DNA of 61,192 bases, counting the filler, from Jimgerdemannia flammicorona (Eukaryota): assembly GCA_003990765.1 (NCBI GenBank). It is 2 parts of 2 records of this genome, joined end to end, with 100 filler letters (N's around TTAATTAATTAA, not from the genome) between each part and the next. Parts side by side here need not be neighbours in the genome. Positions count along the whole stretch, not along the records: positions 1 to 30,553 come from RBNJ01000440.1; 1 more part is not named here. One strand, written 5' to 3'. Position numbers and translations under genes: made by a program. Shown here one piece after another: positions 11,480 to 24,322 of this stretch. Positions within the stretch are counted from its first letter, which is position 1. Every line of letters starts with the position of its first letter. Below the pieces are notes generated by a model. That model worked only from the letters and a program-made list of their open reading frames with translations. It was not told the DNA's origin and made no database searches.

Positions 11480-14400
11480 CCTATATAACATGCCAGATTG
11501 AGAATAGAATCTTTAAAGCCATCATCGATACTGGAGCAGGAGGATGTCTTCTCAGCAAGAAGACAGCAGACTGCCTAGGTTGGGAGGTTGAAGAAGCAAC
11601 CAAGTTGGTGTTTGTCATAGCAGATGGCACAAGAGTCACCCCTCTGGGAAAGATCCGAGATATCCCAATCAATATTGGAGGAGCAACCATTCTAGTAAAT
11701 GTAATCATAACCAATACCACCAACTATGACATCCTCATTGGTAATCAATGGCTTCACAAAGCTAGGGTAGTAATCGACCTCAATGCTCAGAAGATGCAAA
11801 TCACCTATCGGGGACAGAAGATACAAATTCCCATCAATATCAACAAAGGAGTCTTGCCTGACATAGAGGAAGAAGAGAGTGAGCAAGAGGAAGCTTATAT
11901 GGTAACTATTCTAAAGAAGAAAGTAGGATGGATGAGTGAAGAAGAATGGTGCAAGAAGATCACAGAAAGCTATGTACCACAAGGAGTCTGTCCTCACAGG
12001 ATCAAGATGTACTGTATGGAGTATGTCAATGATTGCTACCAGTGCACCATCAGAATCAAAAAGATCTATCAGAAAAGAAGACAGAAAGCTCTCGAAAAAC
12101 TGGTCAGAGAAGAGAAGGAGGAAGAAGATGATGAATCACCAGCCCTCCTGGAGGACAGTGACAATGAAGAAATCAAGGTCAAGATTTGAAGGACCCACCC
12201 TGATGCAGTCCTGCCAGAATATAAGTCAGAAAATACAGCTGGAATAGACATTGCCACAGTAGAAGAAACCATACTGGAACCCCAGACAACTACCCTACTC
12301 GTAACTGGACTGGAGATGACTATCCCAAAGGATTACGTTGGGATCCTTAAGACAAGAAGCAACCTAGCCAGAAGTGAAATTACTATCGAAGGAGGAGTCA
12401 TCGATTCTGACTACATTGGAGAAATCCTGCTCATTGTCAGAAATCACAATCCTACAATTTCATTCCCAGTCAAGAAGAAGAACTGATTGGCACAAATGCT
12501 GATCTTTCTGATCCTACAACCAAGGATCATAGAAGTCAAGAATTTGGAGGAAATGAAAAGAAGAAAGAAAGGATTTGGATCCATAGGAAGAGGAGTATTC
12601 ACCAGTACCAAGATCACCAAACTGGAGCATAAGAAGGAGGAAACCACAAACAAGTATAGCTATACCATCAGAAATGAATTCCCACTCAAGGAGGAACTCA
12701 AGAAAATACTTCATGAATTCGAGGATGTCCTTGCCACAGACTTCAAGGATATCAAAAGAAAGACTCCACACTACTATTATGAGATAGATACCAGAGATAC
12801 CAAACCAATTTACCAGAAGGCAAGACCTGTCCCATCAGTCAACTGAGAATGGCTCAGGGAAGAAATCAAGCAGATGGAAGAAGCTGGTATTATCAAAGAA
12901 GCCAGCAGCCCCTGGTCTTCACCAGTTGTACTAGCCTCAAAAAAAGAGAAGCAAGCCTGGAGAATTTGCCCCAAGACTCTGTGTTGACTACAGAAAGCTC
13001 AATGTGGTTACTAAGAAGGATTGCCAACCACTGCCCCTCATCAGCAACATCCTCATAATACTAGAAAACAAAGCACAGTACTACAGCACCTTAGACTTAT
13101 ACTCAGGATTCCACCAAATCAGACTCACAGAAATGGCAAGTGAAAAGTCAGCCTTCATCACCCCAGATGGAACCTACATCTACCTGCAAATGCCATTCAG
13201 GATGTGTAATACACCAGCAAGCTTCCAGCAAATGATGAACAAAATCTTCTACTATGACATAGGAAGATGGATGATGGTTTATATTGATGATGTAATCATC
13301 TACAGCAAGATACCTGAGGAACATCTATAGCACATATGGCAGATAATAGAGAGACTAAGACAATATGACCTTTATATCAAACCCAAGAAGTGCAAGTTTG
13401 CAGAAATCAAGATCTCCTACCTTGGCCATATTATCAATCGAGATGGAACACACACAAACCCCCTCAAGATACAAGTAGTAGTAGCATATCTAAGGCCCAC
13501 CACTATTACAGAAGCCCAAGCCTTCATGGGACTTGCCTCCTGCTATCACAGATTTATTAGAGAATTCTCCAACATCACAGGTCCAATCTATGAACTCAAT
13601 AAGAAGGACACCAAGTTCCAGTGGACTGACAGACAACAAAAAGCATTTGATGAACTCAAGGTCAGACTGACCCAGGCACCCATCCTCAGATGACCCAATT
13701 GGACTCAAGAATTCATCCTGCAGACAGATGCAAGCACACAGGGACTAGGAGCAGTCCTAGTTCAAAAGGAAGATAAAAAAGAGTATATCATTGCATACAT
13801 TAGCTGTGGAACCCAAGGAGCTGAAAAATAATATGAATCCTATAAGTTGGAATGTCTCACAGTCATCTGGGCTATAGAAAAGTTCCACTACTATCTGGCT
13901 GGAAGACACTTCACCATTCAGACAGACCATTCAGCTCTCACCTGGCTACTGATAACTGGACAACCCAAAGGAATCTATGCTAGATCGATAATGAAGCTAC
14001 AAGCCTACAATGTAACCATTGTGCACTGCCCTGGAAGAACAAATTCCAATACAGATGCTCTCTTATGGACATCCTGAAATACCTCCAATCAATAAATCAA
14101 TTATAAATAAGGAGCTCTACTATAGAATTATCACATATCTGAAACAGTGAAAGATGCCCCAATACCTGAAAGAATGGATACAAATGATTATCAACAGAAC
14201 ATGGAAATAATTCAAAACTGATGGAGAAATACTAAAGAAAGGAAAACTACTAATCATACCAGAACACAAAAAGGAGTAAGCAATGAAATCAGTACATGAA
14301 CTCAGCTATCTAGGAGGAACAAATACATATGACAAGGTAAGAAGAATGATATGGTGGCCAGGAATGGAGGAAGATATCAGACAATTTGTCAAAACCTGTG

Positions 14401-15293
14401 ACAAATGCCAGAAACAGAAGCAAGACCAATGAAACCAAGCTCTGGAATCAGCACACATAGAACCAGTACCATTCGCCCACATAGCAATAGACATAATTGG
14501 CTCTCTACCCTTGACCTTGACTGACAACTGATATATTATTATCATCATAGATCTTTTTACAAAATAGATAGAAGCAGGATCTCTCAAGAAAGCCAATGCA
14601 CAGTCAATCGCTGATTTCTTCTACAAAGAAATTATCTGCTGATTCAAGACCCCAATGCAAGTAACTACAGATAGAGGAACAGAATTCGTGAACTAGTTCT
14701 TTGAGGTTCTCTATAAGAAGTATAAGATCCAGCACATTCAGACTACAGCCTATCACCTCCAAGGAAACGGACAAGCAGAAAGGACCAATAAGACTCTCAA
14801 GAATATTATTATCAAGATCTGTGATAACTATGAAAACTGGGATCACTATCTGCCAATAGCATTATCTGCTCTCTGGGATATCAGATCACAAAGTACCCAC
14901 TTCACCCCTCGAGAGATGCTGTTAAGAGAAGAAAGTTCTCAAAAAACCCTATTGTCTAATAGAGATGCTATATGGAAATATATGGATGGAGAAATATAGA
15001 GACTATACCAAATCAGGAAGAAGGCCAAAGATTACATAACCAAGATACAGGCACTACAATAGAAGAATGTGGAAAAGACCCACAAACTCTTGGAGATTAT
15101 CAAGATAGGAGACAAAGTCCTAGTGTATTGGAATATGGTAGAAGCTTCATAGTTATAAAAACTGGAGCCCAAGTGGGAAGGACCTTACCTCATGCAAGAT
15201 ATAAATGAGACCACCTTTTGGCTATGAAAACTCTCAGGCACAATCATCCCCACTACTATTCACCAAAACTGACTCAAGAGGTATCATGGCTAA
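11480..15293 (+). pseudogene. pol: Gypsy-1 pol (protease, dUTPase, RT, RNase H, integrase)
   Basis: AIIDTGA protease; [27 protein letters not shown] and YIDD in RT; LQTDAS, ECLTVIWA and TDHSAL in RNase H; CDKCQ, TDRGTEF, YHLQGNGQAER and WEGPY in integrase. No chromodomain seen. Confidence 0.95.
12172..12590 (+). pseudogene. dut: dUTPase domain in Gypsy-1 pol
   Basis: All five trimeric dUTPase motifs are recognisable: AGIDI, RSNLA, GVIDSDY, LAQM, KGFGSIG. Confidence 0.92.
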
Positions 15294-15750
15294 CCAGAGG
15301 AGTACTGCCTCAGCTCTCAAGATCCCTAGTGCCACACAGTGAGCCATAGAAAGACAATAGTGCACAACCAAACCACCTACTATAGAGGAATCCTTTGACA
15401 GTATCCAGAGTATAGTCTAAATACACCTGTCATAAATTTTACACTTCAAGGCCTACCAGAACTGAATTGAGTTTCAGGAATACTTCAAACTGAGACAACT
15501 ACTGAATTTGTAGCCAGAGATGGGAAAAGAAGACTAGATTACAGAGTGCCAGCTTTCCTATGCTCAGATCACAATTGTTAAATGAATTAATAAGTTGTTC
15601 AAAGATGATGAACCAGCCTTAGCCCACTTTAAGGAGTAGTCTCAGGAGATTTTGGACATATCAAAAGATATCATTGAGAGAATATAATGATACAAATTGT
15701 ACAGTACAAGGAGATACAAATTGTAGAAGCATGGGAGTTTGAGTAAATAG
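15286..15750 (+). pseudogene. Degenerate accessory ORF between integrase and 3' LTR (unknown function)
   Basis: ATG overlaps the pol end. Reads MANQRSTASALKIP...EFQEYFKLRQLL...ITIVK*INKLFKDDEPALAHFK, with stops explicable by C>T/G>A transitions. Confidence 0.55.
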
Positions 15751-15787
15751 GATGTTTCAGAGATGAATCACCTATTCAGGAGGAAGT

Positions 15788-16272
15788 TGTGATAGTTGAT
15801 CTGAATTAGTAATATGAATCAGTGGAATAAGACATTTGATCATAGTACCTGAATCCAATTCCCAAATATAGTATAGCCCAGATAGCAGTTATTTCACAAA
15901 TGTTAAAGTTTTCATGAATGTTAAACTATTCCCAGATGTTAAACTCTTCAATGATTGTCAAAGATTTAACAGATGTCAAGGATTTAACACTTGTGAAAGA
16001 AATGACTCATAGGAAACATAGTCATAACTTAGCCATCTCATAGCTAGTAAAACTTGTATAAATAACCTAGTATCTTAGAGTGAATAAAGCCTCAGATCGA
16101 AATAGTTCAAAGTAAAGAAATAGCAAAGGAACTAGTAAGCCTGTGGGCAGATATACTTTGAACTCACCCACCCTCCCCTGCAACTCAAAGGACTCTGTGA
16201 GAGTCAGAACAGTCAAGTTCTCAAGATACAGAATCTGATATACTTTCAAGAGTAAGCATCTGCTACATTATA
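15788..16272 (+). repeat. Gypsy-1 3' LTR
   Basis: Direct repeat of 9533-10018; terminal CA mutated to TA. Confidence 0.95.
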
Positions 16273-16619
16273 ATATACTAGTTATATTGAAGATCTGATA
16301 AATTAGGTAAACTTACTAAGTATATCAGTACAATATATAAGTGATAAAGATAAGATCTTAGCTCTAATAAAAAACCTCTCTGAGAGATATTATGTCATTG
16401 TGGCAGTCATATAAGAGAGTTGCAAACTTATAGATTATGCCTATATTATAATAAGTCTCATAAATAAGGAAATGTACCAAAATATAATACTGCTGATAAT
16501 AATGAAAATGTATCCTACAGGTTATATAGATATAGAGAAAAATACCCAAAGCATATATATAAGTATGTTTATAAATATATATATATATATATATACTATA
16601 TCAATATCAATATCAATAG

Positions 16620-16839
16620 ATCAGTTATTAATATTTTTTCAAGACTGGTGATATGTACTTTAAGTTAGACTTCTTTAAATAATATTTTATACTATACTCC
16701 TTGTTTCAAAGTTTAGTAATATAAGTCTTTATATACTTTATCATATTTATTATATATTTTATATTTCTGTCTATATTTTAAAAATTTTACATTTATATCA
16801 AATAAACTATAAATATATCTAAAGTAATTATAAGTTTTA

Positions 16840-16873
<34 letters not shown>

Positions 16874-17397
16874 TCTATAATACTTATAAGTAACTTCATT
16901 TTCACAAGTTTTGATATAAATATTCAGTTGAATATAGTATCAAGTAAAATTGATATTCTAGCTATAGTAAGTAGATAATCTCTTTTATACTTCTTATATT
17001 TTTCTTCTTTTTATTTTTTTAAAAAAAAAAAAAAAATTTAGCCATATTCTACTTTGGAGTATTAAAATTATCTTATATATTAGATTATATATAATAATCA
17101 ACTATTTATAGCAATTGAGAGTACTTCTTTACAAAATTTCTTTAGTTTTATTAAGCCTGATTTATATATTCTAAGTACTGATGCTATTTATAATGATATT
17201 ATGAAGATTTGAATGATTCAGATTGAGTAATTTAGATTGAGTGGTTTGAATTAAGTGATTCAGATTGAGTAATTCAGATTGAGTAATTCAGATTAATCCA
17301 AGTTGATTCAAATTGTTTCAGATTTGAGTTTTGGATCAAACTGTCATATAACAAATCAAATCCAGATTTGATTTGAATCAACTCATTCAGAGCACTA
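16620..17397 (+). mobile_element. Internally deleted hAT-like DNA transposon remnant
   Basis: 17081-17206 reads *IIYNNQLFIAIESTSLQNFFSFIKPDLYILSTDAIYNDIMK, an eroded hAT WI...PF..VE...P..PS motif. 14-bp subterminal tandem gattgagtaattca at 17210-17295. End ...gagcacta (17397) is a TAGTG-type TIR. Left end not located. Confidence 0.6.
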
Positions 17398-19521
17398 TCA
17401 AAAAGTATACTATCCTCTGAAGATATTCTATTCTCTAAAAGAATAAGAAGTTATATCTTTTATAATTAGCTTTACTATATATTCTATAATTATTCTAATA
17501 GTAATTATATTAATATATAATATTTTAGAAATATAAGTAAATAAATCTCAGTCTAAAACCTAAAATAAAAGCAAAAGAAAAAACTATCTATAATATACTT
17601 TTAAAGATATATATATCTACTAAATATTACTTAATCTAAAGAAATAAATTATAATATTTAGAGAAAATATCTACTCAAGAGATATTGTTTATGATATTAT
17701 AGGCTTTTTTTTATCTAATTTAACCTCAGTTCACTTACTAAAACTAAGCCTGATAATTTGTCACTAAGTTTTAAGAGGAGAACTTTATCTGTTTGAAATA
17801 ATTCTAATGCTTTATCTAATACAAACTATTGAACAGTTTGTTGCTTTTGAAAAAGTAACTAAGAGTTCAAGCCAATCTGCATTACTGTCCTATCTTGTAA
17901 TTTTTCTTTATTGAGCTAATACATTATAATATTATTAATAATAAATTATGTAGTTTGATCTCTAATTTAATCAACTGTGGTGAAAATGAAATATTTAATT
18001 AAGATGAAAAAAGTAAACACTCAGGACTCAAATAGAGTCCAGATGATGAGTATGATGAAAAAAATAATAATAATGATGATGATTTGACACTCCTTAATCA
18101 ACTCTTGATACTCAATGACTTCAAACCCTCCTCTATTAGATATTGGTTCCTGAGAACCTTGAGATTGTCTGTATCTTTACAAATTTCGTACTCTTAGTAA
18201 GGCATATACTGGCTGATAGCAATCTAAGAAAAGATATATAAATCAGAGCCCCCAAAACACAGCAACATTTCCACTCCACCTTGGTATGCTTTATATCCAC
18301 CAGCATAAGTTCAATAAGGTAGAGTCAATATTCTAACAAGTGCTCATGAGCATAAGGTGTTGGGCTGAGAGCATGCAGATGCTGCAATGATTCTGAAAAT
18401 CATAACTGTATCCAAAGTAGAACAACATGAATATAATTGCTGAACAATTGGAATTTATTATGACAATTTCTATGAAACCCACCACCACCATCGTTGGTTT
18501 CCTTTTCACACTTCAAATAACTGGAAACTTCTTCTCTCTGAGACCCCACCTGGCCATAAGCCACATAGTCATCATGTTCTTTCCATCTGTCACATGTCAC
18601 CTCTTGCATGAGTGAGCCAGAGTATGAGCACCTTATCAGAGAAAGACCAATACCATGCATGGCAAAGGTGGCATTATCGGCATCAAAGTCAACACAAGTG
18701 TTGTGATCTACGTGGTGTATAACTACAGCATAAAACTCAATGGTACTTAATCTTGCCTTAAGTACATATTGCTAATCACAACTATGAGTCAAGCAGATAC
18801 ACTTAACAACCATAACAATGTCTATAGAAGAGAGAGTTTGTTGCATATTGTAAATATCGGCATTTCCTCAGATAGCTACTATTGCCACTTTTGATATGGA
18901 ATGGGATGGTGGAAGACACCAAAATTGCATGGCTATATACTAGGAATATCAATGACAGTAATCCATTTGTTTATCATATCAGCATCTATCCAACCAGAAA
19001 GAAGGTCATCCATTTATCTCCATTCTCTTTCATGCTTAATTTTATTAGGGCACAATGATATTCTACTCCACCGTGAACCTTAATTCTCCCATCCTTTCCA
19101 TTACCATCAAATTCTATCAGGATGAGACATGATCTTGATGTTTTTATATATAGTGGACATGATTCTGATAGATGATGATGAAATAAGGTGTGGTGGCGAT
19201 TGCAAACTATTTTATGGATACCATAGTGGATTTGTATTAAGATAACACCCAACAATTGAGAGATGGGTAGTAGCAAAAACCCCATTTCAAATGTCACCAT
19301 ATAGAACCTTGAGCCTTGGTAGTATATGAATGGAACAGAGCTGTTAGATATAGATACCCCCTGCAATTGTTCACTCTTTGTGTTGAAAAGTAGGTAGTGG
19401 TTGGACAACAGCAACCAAGATATATGTGTGTAATCCAATTTCTCATGATTGCTTTTTAATCAATATTCTGAATTATCATATTATCATATATTATTTTATT
19501 ATTTTAATACAGTCTTTATTT

Positions 19522-22500
19522 TATTATAAAATGAGTAGATAATAGAGAAATAGTTTAGAGTGAGATATGATACTGTTACAGCAGATATGAAAGTTGGCAG
19601 TAAGAGGTCAAAAACGAAGTGGTAATCTTATGTGAATTTTCATGACAGAATAAAAGCAAGCAGAATAAAGTGTTTTCTAAAGCAAGGTACAATAGATCTA
19701 CAACCTACTCTCAGCACTGCAATGTGCGGTGGTCTTTATTCATTTTGATGAACAAAGTTCAGGTAAACAAAGACACAGATCTAACCCCAGAATTCTAGAA
19801 TTAGATAGGTGTATAAGTACCCGGACCTTGCCCCAATCCAAACAAAGGTCTGAATTGGGCTTCGTCAATCTACACACATGACAGGCCATTAAAAACCAGA
19901 TATAGTAACAATTAGGAAAAGGTACTGGTCATGTGATCTAATGTTATACAAACAATAAACAATGCTAAAAATGGAACTAGACCAATGACATATCACGTGT
20001 TATCATGTGATTGTCACTTATAGGTTTAAAAATCTAAAAATCATTGGTACCCGAAGGCACAGATATCAGGCCTAGAGCCTCGTGACTGGAGCGGAGTAGA
20101 GCCTCAGCACCAGAGCGAGCAAAGTGAGCGGAGGTAGACAGGTATCACAGAGCATAGGTATGTAGGTGTCAGGCCTAGAGCCTCATGCTGGAGGTTGTCC
20201 AGCGATTTTTCACATTTTTAAACATTGCATGGCATGTATGAGTGGTGCGGCCTTCAAGGAGGACTTAAAGTGAAGCTGGTATTTGAAATGGCATTAAGAA
20301 CAGTAAAACCATTCTTCCGGGTGATGATAGATCATTGGGCAGTCGCAGGGAAACCAAAACGTAGCAAAGCAGTACATAGAGTCTTGTCAGGCTGTTGATA
20401 TAGCCATCGAGCCATGTCGTATTGGATGACAAACAATGGGGGAGAGAAAGTGGAGTGGGGAATAGGGGGGTGGAAAATAAGGAGAGGGGTGAGAAGTGAA
20501 GTTCAGACCTCAAGCCAATCAACCAAACTCAACTGAGTGGTTACAACATCAATAGGGTATTCTTTTCTATGAACCAGGAACTCAGCCAAAGACCAACACT
20601 CATCAAGCCAATCATGGTGAGACAAGTAGAGTAGCGGAAGGTGGTGGGCCCTATTTACAATGCATAGATAGAGCATCTTCCTAGGATGATTGCTCAACTA
20701 GTTGACAAACTGAGTACTATGCGGGAATTTGGCAAAGTGACCTGTGCGGAATGGTGTAACTTAGATTTCCAGGTCTAAGTAATGGTACAGTCCAGCAGAC
20801 AAGACTTCCCATTCGATATGATGGTGCGGGGGATAAATGGTACCAAAAATTGCGGCCAAGTCCATGATAGTGGGCATAAAGACAATTAAATCATCAATAT
20901 ACCAGCAGAACTTTAGCCTGGTTTCAATGGCTCAGCTTAGTGGATGGTCAGGCACTTGCAAGGCATGCAACTCATGAGCGAAACCAACAAGGTTGGCAAG
21001 GTCCGGGGCATAATTCATCCCCATAGCAATACCAGACACAGAGCAGAAGGAACCGATGGCAGATGTGAACGTCATATGGGTCATGACTATGCGGACAAGG
21101 CCAAGAATGGCTTCAAGTAGCAAGGAGCTAGGGGGGAAGACCACTGTTGACAAAAAGGTGAGACAGTCATTGCACTCATCTAATGTGATCATAGTGTAGA
21201 AGGCGGCAAAATCCCCAGTAGCGATATAGTTGCAATCTGACATGTCAAGGTAATCCGATTGAACCAGCTATAGCAGTTCAAGCATATCATGTAGAGGTGA
21301 ATAACATGAATAACCCACATTATGGTACAGATGGGCCAACTACAGGCAGAGAAAGCGAGATAGGAAATGCAAAATCTCGGTTGTAGGAGAGTTAAAAGCA
21401 CCAATGATAGAATGCCATACCATGCGAGCCCCTTTATATACCTTGGACAAAGTGTGAAACACAGGCATCTTGTAATTACTGGGCTCTATGAGATATTCCC
21501 AAATCAGCATACAATTCTTGTCACTGATGCAGAACTTGAGTAGACCAAGCAAGTCTAACCTCACTGATTTCTTAACATTATCAATCATAGAGGGATCATT
21601 TACATATGCAGGATTGTGAAGGAGAGACTGAAGACCATCGAGATAAAGAGCACACAGAATTATGGTGAACCCCAGATTTTTGTGGTAAGACAGACCATAA
21701 AGTTATCATAAGTATGGACTCCTTTAAGAAGGCATTGGAACTTCTTCGGTACAAGTGTGCCAGATATATTCGTTGTGGGTCAGACAGCTTGATTCAAGGT
21801 GGTACTCATATGGAGCATAATTTGCATATTTTCTATACAATACAGTGGTCACCATTTAGATGGCACCCAGGTGGAGATCTCCAGGATGTCATCAGGATTA
21901 CCTATAGAGGTCCAGAAGGTAGCAAGATCGAGGTGTCATTGGAATGATGACAGTGAAATCAGGTCAATGGTGCTGTTCATTGATACTGACCCAGGGAGAA
22001 CAAACTTAGGGCCAAAGTTCAGCATATACGTGAGCTCAGAGGTAAGCCAAGGCAGAGGTATATTAGTAACAAAGTTCTCCTCAGTAAACATCTGAAACTG
22101 AGAGATGAAAAACTGACTTAAGCAAGAACCAGGAAGAGAAGACACAAAGGCAAAATCCCCAATTGGTGTCGAGGCCACTACCCCATGTGGAATAGGGACA
22201 TCAGGGCCAAACCACGCTGCTGGGAAGTTGTATAAGATGTCCGGGCTGGAGACCTCTAGTTTTTTGATGCTAGAGGACAGATATTGCCAGTATTGTGCTA
22301 GATGATATGATGTTTGGTGGCAGTACACTTATTGTACTATGGCACAAATACAAAATCCCCAATTGGGGTCGAGGCCGCTACCCCATGTGGAATGGGGACA
22401 TCAGGGCCAAACCACACTGCTGGGAAGTCATATAAGACGTCCGGGCTAGGGACCTCTAGTTTTTTGATGCTAGAGGACAGACATTGCCAGTATTGTGCTA

Positions 22501-24322
22501 GATGATATGATGTTTGGTAGCAGTACACTTGTTGTACTATGGCACAAATGCCCTGGTGGTGCTCTTAGATGAGTGGCTCAAAGTCGATGAGCAGCTGGTC
22601 TCAGTAGAAGTGGAAGAAATGGATGGGGAAGGTGAAGCCTTATGTGCTCACTTGACCCCTTTTACAGAACCCACTGTCATGGCAGGCGCTAGGGGGCAAG
22701 GACTCTGGTGGGCCTTTGTAGGCACACCAAGGCATCCAGAACAGCTATGGCAGTTTGGCATGGTAGAGGCCGAAGTCACATCCACCACCTTGGCCTTTCC
22801 CACAGCCCCCGCAGGTGTGGCAGTAGAGGGTGGGGGGGTGGGGACACTCTTTCTTGGTCGGGCGGAACTGGCAGCAGCAGAAGCAAATGTGCATTTGGCA
22901 CCTGGAGTAGCAATCTTGGGGTGCTTCTCAAGCTCCTCAACTATGGCTTTACAGGCAGCAGTGGAAATCCCATCTTGCAGGGAGGAGGACATAGGGACAG
23001 TCAGGCGGACAGCGGCAGTGGCAGCTTTGGCAGTGGTGGCAGTGGTAAGATGGCAAGATTGATGCATGACAATGTCAAAACCACAGAGCAGAAATAAGTT
23101 CGTCTTGGCTCAGTCAGTGGCAGTGAGAGTAGCAATATTCTTACTAACCCTTTGAGTGATATCAATGGATATCCCAAAGAAATTGTGGGCATCAGAAGAA
23201 CCACCCATGGCCTTGTCGATTTTAGCACACTGGTCCTTAGCATGCTGGGCAGCGGCATCTTGATTGGAGATGGCAGCCTCGATCGCGGCAGTGGTGCGGT
23301 GCTTAGCTTCTGCCGAGGCAGTAGTAAGGGCAGTAGCATGCTGTTCCTCTGAGAGGAGAGCAATCACAGCAGAGACCTTCTTGGAAGGAGTAAACTTCCA
23401 ATCAGCAACTTGAGCTCTTAAAAAGTCAGCATGGTACTCATGCGTGGTGGCAACCTCGAGAGTATGGAGAACTCTGGTGCAAGCAGCACGGAAGCCAGCA
23501 GGGACCTCGGCAAGCGAAGCAGTCAAGAAGATGGCCAGGTCATCAAAGTTCACCAAATCAGTGAAAGAAGCTTTTGGGACAGCAGCATCGCCATCTATAT
23601 TCATTTTATCTGTCATATTGTGTATTATAAAATGAGTAGATAATAGAGGAATAGTTTAGAGTGAGATGAGATACTATTACAGTGGATATGAAAGTCAGTG
23701 GTAAGAGGTCAAATACAAAGTGGTAATCTTATATGAATTTTTATGACAGAATAAAAGTAAGCGGAATAAAGTGTTTTCTGAAGCAAGGTGCAATAGATCT
23801 GCAACCCACCCTCAGTACCATAATGCGCAGTGGTCTTTATTCATTTTGAGGAACAAAGTTCCGGTAAACAAAGATACAGATCTAACTCCAGAATTCTGGA
23901 ATTGGATAGGTGTATAAGTACCTGGACCTTGCCCCAATCCAAACAAAGGTCTGAATCGGGCTTCATCGATCTACACATATGATGGGCCATTAAAAACCAG
24001 ATATAGTAACAATCAGAAAAAGGTACCAGTCACATGATCTAATGTTACACAAACAATAAACAATGCTAAAAATGGAACTAGACCAATGATATGTCATGTG
24101 TTATTATGTGATTGTCACTTAGAGGTTTAAAAACCTAAAAATCGTCAGTACCTAAAGGTGCAGGCATCAGGCCTAGAGCCTTGCGACTGGAGTGGAGTAG
24201 AGCCTCGACACTGAAGTGAGCGAAGTGAGCAGAGGTAGACAGGCATCACGGAGCATAGATACAGGCATCAGGCCTAGAGCCTCATGCCGGAGGTTGTCTG
24301 GTGATTTTTCGTGTTTTTAAAC
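19522..24322 (-). mobile_element. Endonuclease-less Penelope-like element (PLE), left arm
   Basis: Direct pseudo-LTRs at 19522-20223 and 23625-24322. ORF1 ~23616-22500. RT with LNFGPKFV, LSKVYK..WHSII, GDFAAFYT, GIAMGMNYAPDLANL, WYIDD, LDLEI and SNHP motifs. No GIY-YIG. Confidence 0.88.
22151..22550. repeat. 200-bp tandem duplication within the left PLE arm
   Basis: caaaatccccaattgg.gtcgaggcc.. begins at both 22151 and 22351; single copy in the right arm. Confidence 0.9.

Larger units (their letters stand above)
9533..16272 (+). mobile_element. Ty3/Gypsy LTR retrotransposon 'Gypsy-1', full length, degenerate
   Basis: Paired LTRs, PBS, PPT (caggaggaag before 15788) and ATAT TSD (9529-9532/16273-16276). 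Domain order gag-PR-dUTPase-RT-RNaseH-IN. Many stop codons. Confidence 0.95.
8872..16500 (+). mobile_element. Ty1/Copia remnant (short LTR, PBS, degenerate gag) split by the Gypsy-1 insertion
   Basis: ~120-bp LTR-like segment 8872-8992 (TG..CA eroded to TA..TA), followed by ggttatgagctc (8995-9006), resembling the fungal Copia GGTTATGAGCCC PBS. Joining ~9400-9532 to 16277-16500 reads as a UBN2-like gag (YEI*ETLYNHH..YLKSQL..IYEYTSYIEDL..ISDKDKILALIKNLSERYYVIV). Confidence 0.7.

Noticed and set aside
17210..17295. 14-bp tandem repeat as a telomeric repeat near the PLE
   Set aside because: More than 2 kb from the PLE and adjacent to a hAT-like TIR; better explained as subterminal repeats.
18000..19460. 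Fragmentary ORFs left of the PLE dimer
   Set aside because: Possibly a decayed gene or transposon, but no identifiable motif.
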